This document shows, one piece after another, positions 8,955 through 16,457 of a DNA stretch of 48,440 nucleotides (position 1 is its first letter; every line of letters starts with the position of its first letter). The notes under the pieces were generated by a model. It ran no database searches. It had not been told where the DNA came from and saw only the letters and a list, made by a program, of their open reading frames with translations. The position numbers and the translations under genes are program-made. Origin of the DNA: a virus (lineage: Duplodnaviria; Caudoviricetes); IMG/VR virus record IMGVR_UViG_3300037501_000009, positions 1 through 48,440 of that record. One strand, written 5' to 3'.

Positions 8955-9028
8955 GCCCGCATCGTCTAGCGGCCTAGGACCTCGGATTCTCGATCCGAAG
9001 ATCGCCGGTTCGAATCCGGCTGCGGGTG
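8955..9028 (+). tRNA. tRNA-Glu(CTC)
   Basis: GCCCGCA/TGCGGGT acceptor, TCGGA-TTCTCGA-TCCGA anticodon arm, GGTTCGAATCC T loop. Confidence 0.9.
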
Positions 9029-9251
9029 CCGATGGGGAAGCAGGGAGACGCTCGCGACTCCGTGCTTCCAACAACGAGACGTTTGCGACTCCCATCGCCC
9101 GTTCCACGTCGCGGGTCATCGGCGTGGTGGTGGAGACGGCTGGAGGAGTTGCCGGGTGACCGGTCGCTTCGACATGCCCCCCTTCCGGGCCGAGTGATCG
9201 GCCCGAAGGTCTGTTCCCGAGGGCCTCGACCCTCGTTGTTCGTTGATAGTT

Positions 9252-9609
9252 GGGGGTGACACGGTTTCGACGTTTGACTTGATGCGGAGGAGTGCGTGTA
9301 CGAGGGCTGCGGCTCGACAACGCGGAACCTGATAAGAGCGGACGAAGAGTTCGTTCCCCTCCCCGCAGCCGCCTAGAGCGGTTCGCGAGGACGCTCGCTG
9401 GAACTGACCCCGCCTGTGGTCGTCCAGCGGGTGCAATCAAAGCAGGCTGGTTGGTCCCACCTGCCCGAGAGTGGGAGACGAGAAACTGAAGGGCTTTGGT
9501 TCGAGGTCCCCTGCTGGCCGACGCCTCGATTCCGAGATGATGACCAGAAACGCACGTAGTACTCACCGTTGATGTCAGGCGGACGGGGGTTCGACTCCCC
9601 CCACCTCCA
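9252..9609 (+). ncRNA. ssrA: tmRNA
   Basis: 5' GGGGGTGACACGGTTTCGAC; 3' GGGGGTTCGACTCCCCCCACCTCCA; G3.U70 alanine identity pair; tag frame 9338-9376 reads ADEEFVPLPAAA*. Confidence 0.93.
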
Positions 9610-9623
9610 CTACGGAGTAACGG

Positions 9624-9815
9624 ATGGTTTCGAAGCACGAGTGTTGGATCACGAAGAAGGTCGCGAAACTCTCGCGCTGCTTGCGTCGGACGATCTACGA
9701 AGAGTTTCAGGCGGGGGACTCCATCCCGCATCTTGCCCACAAGTACCATTCCCCGGTTCTCGTGATCGAGGAAGTGATCCGCAGGATCATGAACCGCAAG
9801 AGGAGACGAAAGTGA
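9624..9815 (+). CDS. small HTH-like protein
   Basis: 63 aa with pattern [24 protein letters not shown]. Confidence 0.5.
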   Translation: MVSKHECWITKKVAKLSRCLRRTIYEEFQAGDSIPHLAHKYHSPVLVIEEVIRRIMNRKRRRK

Positions 9816-10692
9816 CGGATGTTGTTCGAGCGACAAAGCCATTCGTGAAGTGGCTCGGAGGGAAGCGTCAGCTTCTTTCTCAACTGCTGAACCACGTACC
9901 TGAGCACTTCGACCGGTACATCGAACCGTTTGTTGGTGGTGGAGCACTGTTCTTCGCTCTTGCTGCGAAGATGCTGAACCAGAAACAACCCGAGAGCAGT
10001 CAAACCGAGGAGTGGGAGTCCCCGATGCTTCGGCAGGGGCTGCTGTTCTTGGGGATACAAACGAGCACCTGATCGACACCTACGTCGCGATTCAAGACAA
10101 CGTGGAAGAAGTGATCCGTGTCCTTCAAGGGCATAGGTACGACCCTGCCATCTTCCAGAAGATGAGGGAAACGGATCCAGAGAGCCTGTCTCTGCATGAG
10201 AGGGCTGCGTGGTTCATCTACCTCAACAGAACTTGCTACAACGGGCTGTGGTGAGTGAACTTGAAAGGTAGGTTCAACGCGCCTTTTGGTAAGTACGTCA
10301 ACCCCAAGATCTGCGATTCTGACAACCTTCGGGCTTGCGAGGCTGTTCTACGGAACGCCTTGATGATGGCAACGGACTTCTCCGCTCTTCTGAATGGAGC
10401 GCGGAAGGGAGACTTCATCTACTGCGATCCCCTCTACTACCCGCTATCCGCTACTTCGAACTTCGTGGCGTTCACCAAGCGCGGCTTCTCGGCAGACGAC
10501 CATGTTCGCCTGCGAGACCTTCTCCTCCGGGCTAAGAAGCGTGGGGCGAAGGTCCTGCTGTCGAACTCGTCCGCACCCCTGATCTACGACCTCTACCGAG
10601 ACGGCTTCCAGATCGAAGAGGTCCAAGGCCGACGAGCCGTGAACTCGAAGACCGACCGGCGGGGTTCGGTGAAGGAACTGCTGATCTGGTAG
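9812..10692 (+). pseudogene. dam: DNA adenine methyltransferase (Dam/D12 class), disrupted
   Basis: [35 protein letters not shown]. Frameshift at about 9970-10040, in-frame TGA at 10252, and catalytic DPPY reads DPLY. Confidence 0.9.
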
Positions 10693-10711
10693 GTCTCGTG
10701 ATACGATCCCT

Positions 10712-10770
10712 GACGGTTCCGCCCGCGAACGGGAGTTTTCCCCCCGACCCTCGTCGTGGGCGGGACCGTC
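10712..10770 (+). other. long GC-rich stem-loop
   Basis: GACGGTTCCGCCCGCGA pairs with TCGTGGGCGGGACCGTC (17 bp including G.U pairs). Confidence 0.6.
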
Positions 10771-10782
10771 CGGTCCTCCCAC

Positions 10783-10811
10783 TTGACAACCATCTAACCT
10801 TGTGGTAGCGT
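10783..10811 (+). promoter_or_regulatory. sigma70-type promoter (hen1 operon)
   Basis: TTGACA-17-(TGG)TAGCGT. Confidence 0.7.
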
Positions 10812-10831
10812 CCGGACCTGCGAGGTGTTGG

Positions 10832-12247
10832 ATGTCGCTGGTTTCGATTTCCGTTCAGGGCACGCCAGAGCAACCGGCCACGGATCTCGGGTTCGTTCTG
10901 GTCAAGCACCCGGACAGGATCCGTGAAGTCGAACTACCGTTCGGCAAGGCGTTCGTGTTCTTCCCCGCAGCCGGGATAGAGAAGACGACCGTCTGTCTCC
11001 TGCTGGACGTGGATACCGTGAAGCTGGTTCGCAAGGGGCGAGTGCAGACGATCTTCGACTACGTGAACGACCGGGCGTATACCGCGTCGTCGTTCCTCAC
11101 CGTGGCGCTTTCGAAGGTCTTCAACTCCGCCATCGCAGGGACGTGCAAGGACAAGCCCGAGTTGGTGGACCGCGTGTTCGACATGACCGTGAAGATCCCG
11201 GTCATCGCGAGCAAGGGCGGGGAGGACTCGTTCCGTGAGCTGTTCGAACCTGTGGGGTACACGGTTTCCTGCGAGCGGTTGACGCTGGACGAGAAGTTCC
11301 CCGAGTGGGGCCAGAGCAACTACTACCGGCTGACGCTGACTGGGAAGCAGCGGATCAGGGACGTACTCGAACACCTGTACGTCATGATCCCCGTTCTCGA
11401 CAACCTGAAGCACTACTTCGTAGGCGAGGATGAGATCGAGAAGCTGGTCCGTCACGGAGGGGCGTGGCTCGACAAGCACCCGAAGAAGGTGATGATCCTC
11501 GCCCGGTACTTGGAGTACAAGCGGCACCTCGTTCGCGAGGCCGAGGTACAAGTCGAGGCCGCAGCCCCGCCGACCGAAGACGATTCCGCACCGCTGGTCG
11601 AGGAAGAGACCGAGAAGAAGGAGTCGGAGGTTGAGGTTGAGAAGAGACTGAGCCTGCAAGAGCTACGGACGAAGGCCATCCTTCAATCCCTGACCGAAGA
11701 AGCCGTGACCACGGTGATCGATCTGGGCTGTGGGGACGGGAAAGTTCTGGCCGCGCTTGCACGCGGGAAGGTCTTCATGAAGGTCGCCGGACTGGATGTG
11801 TCTCTCCGCTGTCTTCGGATTGCGAAGGACCGGGTGAAGAGGACCGGATACCCGATGGATCAGGTGACCCTGATCCACGGTGCCCTGACCTACCGTGACC
11901 GGCGAATCGAGGGGTTCGACGGTTGTGTGCTGGCGGAAGTCGTCGAGCATCTGGATCCGCACAAGGTAGAGGCGCTCGAACGTGTGGTGTTCGGGGAAGC
12001 GCGTCCCCGAGTCGTGATCGTCACGACTCCCAACCGGGAGTACAACACGCTGTTCCCGTTCCATTTGCCCAACGGACTCCGGCATAAGGACCACCGTTTC
12101 GAGTGGACGCGAGCGGAGTTCGAAGCTTGGTTGTCTCGTGTGGCAAAGACGTACCGGTACAGCTTCATCGTTCTGGGCGTTGGTGATCCGGACCCGGAAA
12201 AGGGTTCTCCGACGCTCATGGCCCGGTTTGTCCGGGAGAAGGAGTGA
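10832..12247 (+). CDS. hen1: bacterial-type Hen1 3'-terminal RNA ribose 2'-O-methyltransferase
   Basis: N-terminal PATDLGFVLVKHPDR, YVNDRAY, FPEWG, HLYVMIPVLDNLKHYFVG; MTase domain VIDLGCGDG, EVVEH, TTPNREYN, RHKDHRFEWTR. Confidence 0.95.
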   Translation: MSLVSISVQGTPEQPATDLGFVLVKHPDRIREVELPFGKAFVFFPAAGIEKTTVCLLLDVDTVKLVRKGRVQTIFDYVNDRAYTASSFLTVALSKVFNSAIAGTCKDKPELVDRVFDMTVKIPVIASKGGEDSFRELFEPVGYTVSCERLTLDEKFPEWGQSNYYRLTLTGKQRIRDVLEHLYVMIPVLDNLKHYFVGEDEIEKLVRHGGAWLDKHPKKVMILARYLEYKRHLVREAEVQVEAAAPPTEDDSAPLVEEETEKKESEVEVEKRLSLQELRTKAILQSLTEEAVTTVIDLGCGDGKVLAALARGKVFMKVAGLDVSLRCLRIAKDRVKRTGYPMDQVTLIHGALTYRDRRIEGFDGCVLAEVVEHLDPHKVEALERVVFGEARPRVVIVTTPNREYNTLFPFHLPNGLRHKDHRFEWTRAEFEAWLSRVAKTYRYSFIVLGVGDPDPEKGSPTLMARFVREKE

Positions 12248-12250
12248 CAG

Positions 12251-12763
12251 ATGTTGCGAGAGAAGTTGGATCAGTTGGCCGAGAAGTTCACGAAGGACGT
12301 GCTGGCGGAAGTCGCGGTCTTCTGTCAGGAGTTGGCGGATCTGTCAGGGGTCTTCAACGGAGGCCCTGATGGGATTCCCGAGAAGACTGCCGCTCCAGTG
12401 AAGTACAAGGAACGTCGCCTTCCTCCGAAGTGGCGCGACCCGAAGATGCAGTCGGCCTGCGCGAGGTTCGGCGCGCTCCTGCGGAAGATCCCCGACGGGA
12501 AGGTGCGGGAGACCCTCCGCAGCATCGCGAAGGAGAAGGGCGTCAAGGCGGCTCTGGCGGAGGCGAACAATCCTCTGGACCAGAACAAGCCGAAGTCCAT
12601 CGACAAGAAGACGGAGGACCGCCGGGCGCTTCAGAGGCAGTATCTCGGGATGACCCGGCACGCCCCGAAGAAGGTGAGCGAGATCACCAAGCGGATCAAC
12701 CGCCCGCACGGCATGAAGAAGGCGGTCGCGTACCTCAGCCGCTACTACAAGACCAAGGCGTAG
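12251..12763 (+). CDS. basic hypothetical protein
   Basis: 170 aa, AGGAG RBS, two similar basic helical segments. Confidence 0.65.
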   Translation: MLREKLDQLAEKFTKDVLAEVAVFCQELADLSGVFNGGPDGIPEKTAAPVKYKERRLPPKWRDPKMQSACARFGALLRKIPDGKVRETLRSIAKEKGVKAALAEANNPLDQNKPKSIDKKTEDRRALQRQYLGMTRHAPKKVSEITKRINRPHGMKKAVAYLSRYYKTKA

Positions 12764-12766
12764 ACC

Positions 12767-13924
12767 ATGCTGCGCCGAAGCCTGCCGCCAATCCCGGACT
12801 GCCCGCCGGTTCCGGGGAAGGTCGTGTACCGCGTCGTGTCCGGCAGCCATGCCTACGGGACGGCTACGCCCGAATCGGACGTGGACGTGCGCGGAGTGTT
12901 TCTCCCCTATCAGGAGTACATCCTCGGGTTCCTACATCACGTCGAGCAGGTCGAGGCTGACGAGGAGACGCAGTTCGAGTTCCGCAAGTTCATGTACCTC
13001 GCCTCGCAGGCGAATCCGAACATTCTCGAACTGCTGTTCGTGCCAGAGGACTGCCTGATCGAGACCAGCCGCACCGGGAGAATGCTGCGAGCGTACCGGC
13101 ACCTGTTCCTGTCGAAGAAGGTGCTGTTCACGTTCACCGGCTACGCGCATTCGCAGTTGCATCGCATTCGCACGCATCGGAAGTGGCTGTTCAACCCGCC
13201 GACGCACCAACCCGAGCGGGCGGATTTTGGTCTGCCGTCCGAGACGCTGATCTCTCGTGAGCAGAGGGGCGCGTTCTACGTCCTGCTGGCGCATCTTCTT
13301 CGGGACAACCCGGAGATGGAGGCTCTCTTCGAGGCCGTGAAGGAAGTGATCGAGGCCGAAGAGTTCCCCGGGTGGGAAGGCATCGTCCAGAAGCGAGGCA
13401 TCCCGGACGAAGCGATGCCCTACGCACAACTACTGACCGGCGCGTCGGACAACTTCATCGCGGCTCTCCAGCGGGAACAGGCGTACCACCGTGCCGTTGA
13501 CGAGTGGTCGAAGTACAACGACTGGAAGAAGAAGCGCAACCCGGCGCGTGCCGAGTTGGAACGCAAGTTCGGTCTGGACACGAAGCACGCTTCGCACCTC
13601 GTCCGCCTCATGTGGATGGGAGAGGAGATCCTGCGGACAGGGACTCTGACGGTTCTGCGTCCGGATGCGGACAAGCTGCTGGCGATTCGCAACGGGACGT
13701 GGATCGACGGGACCCCGGTCTGTCCCGACACGTTCAACGTGATCGAGCAGTGGGCGCAGGATCAGGAAGTGAAGATGCGCGAGGTCTACGACTCGAAGAC
13801 CTGCGAGCTACCGAAGAAGCCGCGCATGAACGAGATCAACGACCTCTGCCTCGCGGTCATTCGGAACCATCTCGGTCTGCCGAGAGAAGAGAGGCACGAG
13901 AGGTGGTTCGAGGGGATGGACTGA
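12767..13924 (+). CDS. RlaP-type (PF10127-like) DNA polymerase beta-family nucleotidyltransferase
   Basis: GSHAYGTATPESDVDVRGVF, NPNILELLF, DTKHASHLVRL, LLAIRNG. Confidence 0.85.
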   Translation: MLRRSLPPIPDCPPVPGKVVYRVVSGSHAYGTATPESDVDVRGVFLPYQEYILGFLHHVEQVEADEETQFEFRKFMYLASQANPNILELLFVPEDCLIETSRTGRMLRAYRHLFLSKKVLFTFTGYAHSQLHRIRTHRKWLFNPPTHQPERADFGLPSETLISREQRGAFYVLLAHLLRDNPEMEALFEAVKEVIEAEEFPGWEGIVQKRGIPDEAMPYAQLLTGASDNFIAALQREQAYHRAVDEWSKYNDWKKKRNPARAELERKFGLDTKHASHLVRLMWMGEEILRTGTLTVLRPDADKLLAIRNGTWIDGTPVCPDTFNVIEQWAQDQEVKMREVYDSKTCELPKKPRMNEINDLCLAVIRNHLGLPREERHERWFEGMD

Positions 13925-14475
13925 TGTCTGTCAAGAGGCTGCCACTGGCGTTCGGAGACTTGGTAGAGGTCCGTGCTGTCATCGAGCGCCGACGCGAAGG
14001 ACCGGACGGTCGCTCCATCAAGCACGAGCGAGTTTCGTGCGAGCCGTTCGAGGCGTGGGTCGTGGGCAGACGGGCAGTCTTCGACGGCCACATCTCGGGC
14101 GACCCTCCCCGGAGACTCGGCCTGTTCAAGGGGGTTTTCGGGGAACCGAGCGACTACGACCCACGGTGGATGCGGAAGCAGTCCTCGATGAACGTGGTTC
14201 TCGTTCGTCGAGGCATGGCAAACAGGGAGGTCATGGTTCGTGAGGATGACTTGAAGGTCGTCCGTCCGGTGCTGGTTGCCAACTACATCGGACCGTCGGA
14301 AGACCTCATGAACTACCGGCAGAGGACCAAGATGTTCTTCTGCGTTCGTGATCGTCCTCCACCCTACCAGTACGCGAACCGGTACAAGTGGACAGACAGG
14401 GATCGGAGCGAAGAACGACAGAGGATCTACCGAAGGAAGAGGGACGCTCGCGGACGCCTCTTGACAACTACCTAG
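13924..14475 (+). CDS. hypothetical protein
   Basis: TGATG overlap; begins MSVKRLPLAFGD. Confidence 0.6.
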   Translation: MSVKRLPLAFGDLVEVRAVIERRREGPDGRSIKHERVSCEPFEAWVVGRRAVFDGHISGDPPRRLGLFKGVFGEPSDYDPRWMRKQSSMNVVLVRRGMANREVMVREDDLKVVRPVLVANYIGPSEDLMNYRQRTKMFFCVRDRPPPYQYANRYKWTDRDRSEERQRIYRRKRDARGRLLTTT

Positions 14476-14489
14476 CAACGTGGTACGTT
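14461..14489 (+). promoter_or_regulatory. sigma70-type promoter upstream of the tas-HNH-TIGR unit
   Basis: TTGACA-17-(TGG)TACGTT. Confidence 0.8.
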
Positions 14490-14554
14490 TCTTGATCATG
14501 GGGCGGTAACTTTTCGACCGCTTCGAGGAACAACTAGGTAGAAGGAGGCACCCG

Positions 14555-15535
14555 ATGAGCGAGAAACCCGAGAACCCCAAGGACGAGATCCAGCGAACGA
14601 AGGAGGAGTCGCGCGAGGGCCTGAAGTGCAAGGTCCGCATGTTCTACGACCTGCAACGGATCCGCATTCAGGTCGCAGGCAGAACCTACGACAGACCCGA
14701 GGGGCAGGAACTCCACCTGCACGCGGCGGACGTGGAGATCCTAAAGCTGCGTTCCGGTGCGCTGGAGACGGCGGAAGGGCTGGCGTTCAAGGACGTGCGT
14801 GACCACCTGCGGACGATTCCGTTCTACCGCAAGGTTCTCTCGGACAAGGACCGGTTCAAGGGCGTGGGTCCCGCGATGGCGGGAGTCATCCTTTCCGAGT
14901 TCGACATCAACCGGCTCGACACGCCGAGCAAGATGTGGGCGTTCGCCGGGCTGGCTCCGGTCGCGGCCAAGCGTTGCCGGTCCTGCCACGCTGTCGTCGA
15001 GTTCAACGCGGACACCAACACGTACCACCACACGCGAGAAGCGCCCCGGAAGCGGGACAAGACCGGGGCCGAGATCGAACCCAAGCTGCCGAAGTGCCCG
15101 AGGGCGAAGGATGCTCTGTCCGAGGCCGACGTGTACGCCTCCGGCAAGGCGATGCGCCCGACGAAGGGTCAGAAGTTGCCGTACAACTCGTGGCTGCGGA
15201 CCAAGCTGGTCGGCGTTCTCGGGTCGGTGCTTCTGAAGGTCGGGTCGCCGTGGCGCAAGTTCTACGACGACTACAAGCACCGGAAGCAGAGCGAGGGGTG
15301 GGGTCGGTCGGACGCGCATCGGCATCAGGCGGCGATCCGTTTCATGGTCAAAGCCCTTCTTCTGGAAATCTGGAAGGAGTGGAGGTTCTTCGAGGGTCTT
15401 CCTGTTCGACCGTCGTATCAGGAAGAGTACTTGAAGCACCAACACCACTCGATTGCCGGATCAAGCGAAGGTGGGGGGTACGAAGAAGCGAGTCCGGAAG
15501 TTGCTTCCGAGTTGGCTACGTTGGAAACTGCGTAG
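14555..15535 (+). CDS. tasA: TIGR-associated Nop-domain protein, TasA type (no fused nuclease; IS110 C-terminal-like)
   Basis: Coiled coil (YDLQRIRIQ), KGVGPAMAGVILSE helix-hairpin, SKMWAFAGL, GQKLPYNSWLRTKL, YDDYK, HRHQAAIRFMVK..W..WR..EGLP. No DEDD RuvC N-terminus. Lies next to a dual-spacer array. Confidence 0.85.
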   Translation: MSEKPENPKDEIQRTKEESREGLKCKVRMFYDLQRIRIQVAGRTYDRPEGQELHLHAADVEILKLRSGALETAEGLAFKDVRDHLRTIPFYRKVLSDKDRFKGVGPAMAGVILSEFDINRLDTPSKMWAFAGLAPVAAKRCRSCHAVVEFNADTNTYHHTREAPRKRDKTGAEIEPKLPKCPRAKDALSEADVYASGKAMRPTKGQKLPYNSWLRTKLVGVLGSVLLKVGSPWRKFYDDYKHRKQSEGWGRSDAHRHQAAIRFMVKALLLEIWKEWRFFEGLPVRPSYQEEYLKHQHHSIAGSSEGGGYEEASPEVASELATLETA

Positions 15536-15538
15536 GAC

Positions 15539-16156
15539 ATGATCCTCGGGAAGCCGTGCCGATTGTGCGGGGTCACGCTGACCGAGGAAAACCACTACGA
15601 ATCGTCAACGAACTTACTCTGTAAGAAGTGCTACGGAGAACGAGCAAAGTCTCCTGAGCAACGACGGAAGCAGAAGGAATGGCGAGAGCGAAATCGAGAT
15701 CGACGGCGGGAAATACTGAGGTCGTACAACCGATCTGAGCGCGGGAGAGAAGTACACCGAAGATACATGAAGTCCGCGAAGGGTCGGACACTGATCGCAA
15801 GGTGGAACAGAAGCAAGAAAGCACAGGAAGCCCTTCGTCGGTATCAGGATAAGTACCGACGAGAAAACCCCGGTCCTGTTCTAGCCCGCAGACTGTTGAA
15901 GCTGGCCGAGTTCCTTGGGTACATTCATCGACCAACTACTTGTCAGGTCTGCGGAGAGGCAACAAGACGACTGGAGGCTCATCACGCAGACTACACAAGG
16001 CCATTGGACGTGGAGTGGCTATGTAGGAGATGCCACTTGAACGAAGGACACGATGGATGTTTTCGTAACCTGCCGAGAGCCGTGGTTGATCAGTCACCCA
16101 AACAGCAGCAGCGAGCCGTCACGCGGAAGTCCCCCGTTAGGGCCAAGCGAGTCTAA
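15539..16156 (+). CDS. HNH-family endonuclease with N-terminal Zn finger
   Basis: CRLC..CKKC, basic helix, CQVC..EAHHADYTRPLDVEWLCRRCH. The last ~27 codons run through the first array units. Confidence 0.8.
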   Translation: MILGKPCRLCGVTLTEENHYESSTNLLCKKCYGERAKSPEQRRKQKEWRERNRDRRREILRSYNRSERGREVHRRYMKSAKGRTLIARWNRSKKAQEALRRYQDKYRRENPGPVLARRLLKLAEFLGYIHRPTTCQVCGEATRRLEAHHADYTRPLDVEWLCRRCHLNEGHDGCFRNLPRAVVDQSPKQQQRAVTRKSPVRAKRV

Positions 16157-16442
16157 AAGTCAGAGATGCCCGTGGCGTTCGAGCGAGCCGATGTCCTTCA
16201 GACACCCGATGAAGATGGGCGAGCCGTTCTGTGCAGGTCAACCAAGCGGCCTAAGCGAGCCAGAGTTGTCGTGTCACCCGGAGTTCGTGTGCGAGCCGAG
16301 GTAGTCGAAACACCCGAAGTTCAACAGCGAACCGAAGGTTCAGAGGCAACCAAGTAGTCCAAGTGATCCTACTGCGTAGAGACAACCGGAAACGGCAAGC
16401 GAGCCGATGATGTTGGGTCACCCGGGCAAGAAGAGCGAGCCG
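16074..16442 (+). repeat. TIGR array: 10 x 36-nt units, each edge repeat / 9-nt spacer A / loop repeat / 9-nt spacer B
   Basis: GCGAGCC-like cores at exact 36-nt intervals (16075, 16111, 16147, 16183, 16219, 16255, 16291, 16327, 16363, 16399, 16435), alternating with G(T/A)CA(C/A)CC cores 18 nt later; the sequences between them are unique. Confidence 0.92.
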
Positions 16443-16457
16443 TGCTAGAATGCGTTC

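Noticed and set aside
10252-10770. Selenocysteine or programmed UGA read-through in dam using the downstream hairpin
   Set aside because: The position is normally Arg, the gene also has a frameshift and a broken DPPY, and the hairpin is not adjacent to the UGA.
14555-15535. IS110 transposase / insertion sequence
   Set aside because: It has no N-terminal DEDD RuvC domain and no evident element ends; the adjacent 36-nt dual-spacer array fits a Tas protein.
16083-16433. Self-targeting of the TIGR spacers within this window
   Set aside because: No full match was noticed by eye; an exhaustive search could not be run.
16074-16442. CRISPR array, or the short ORFs 16053-16304 and 16166-16357 as real genes
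   Set aside because: The repeats are two alternating ~9-nt motifs, not 23-47 nt direct repeats. The ORFs are by-products of a period divisible by 3.
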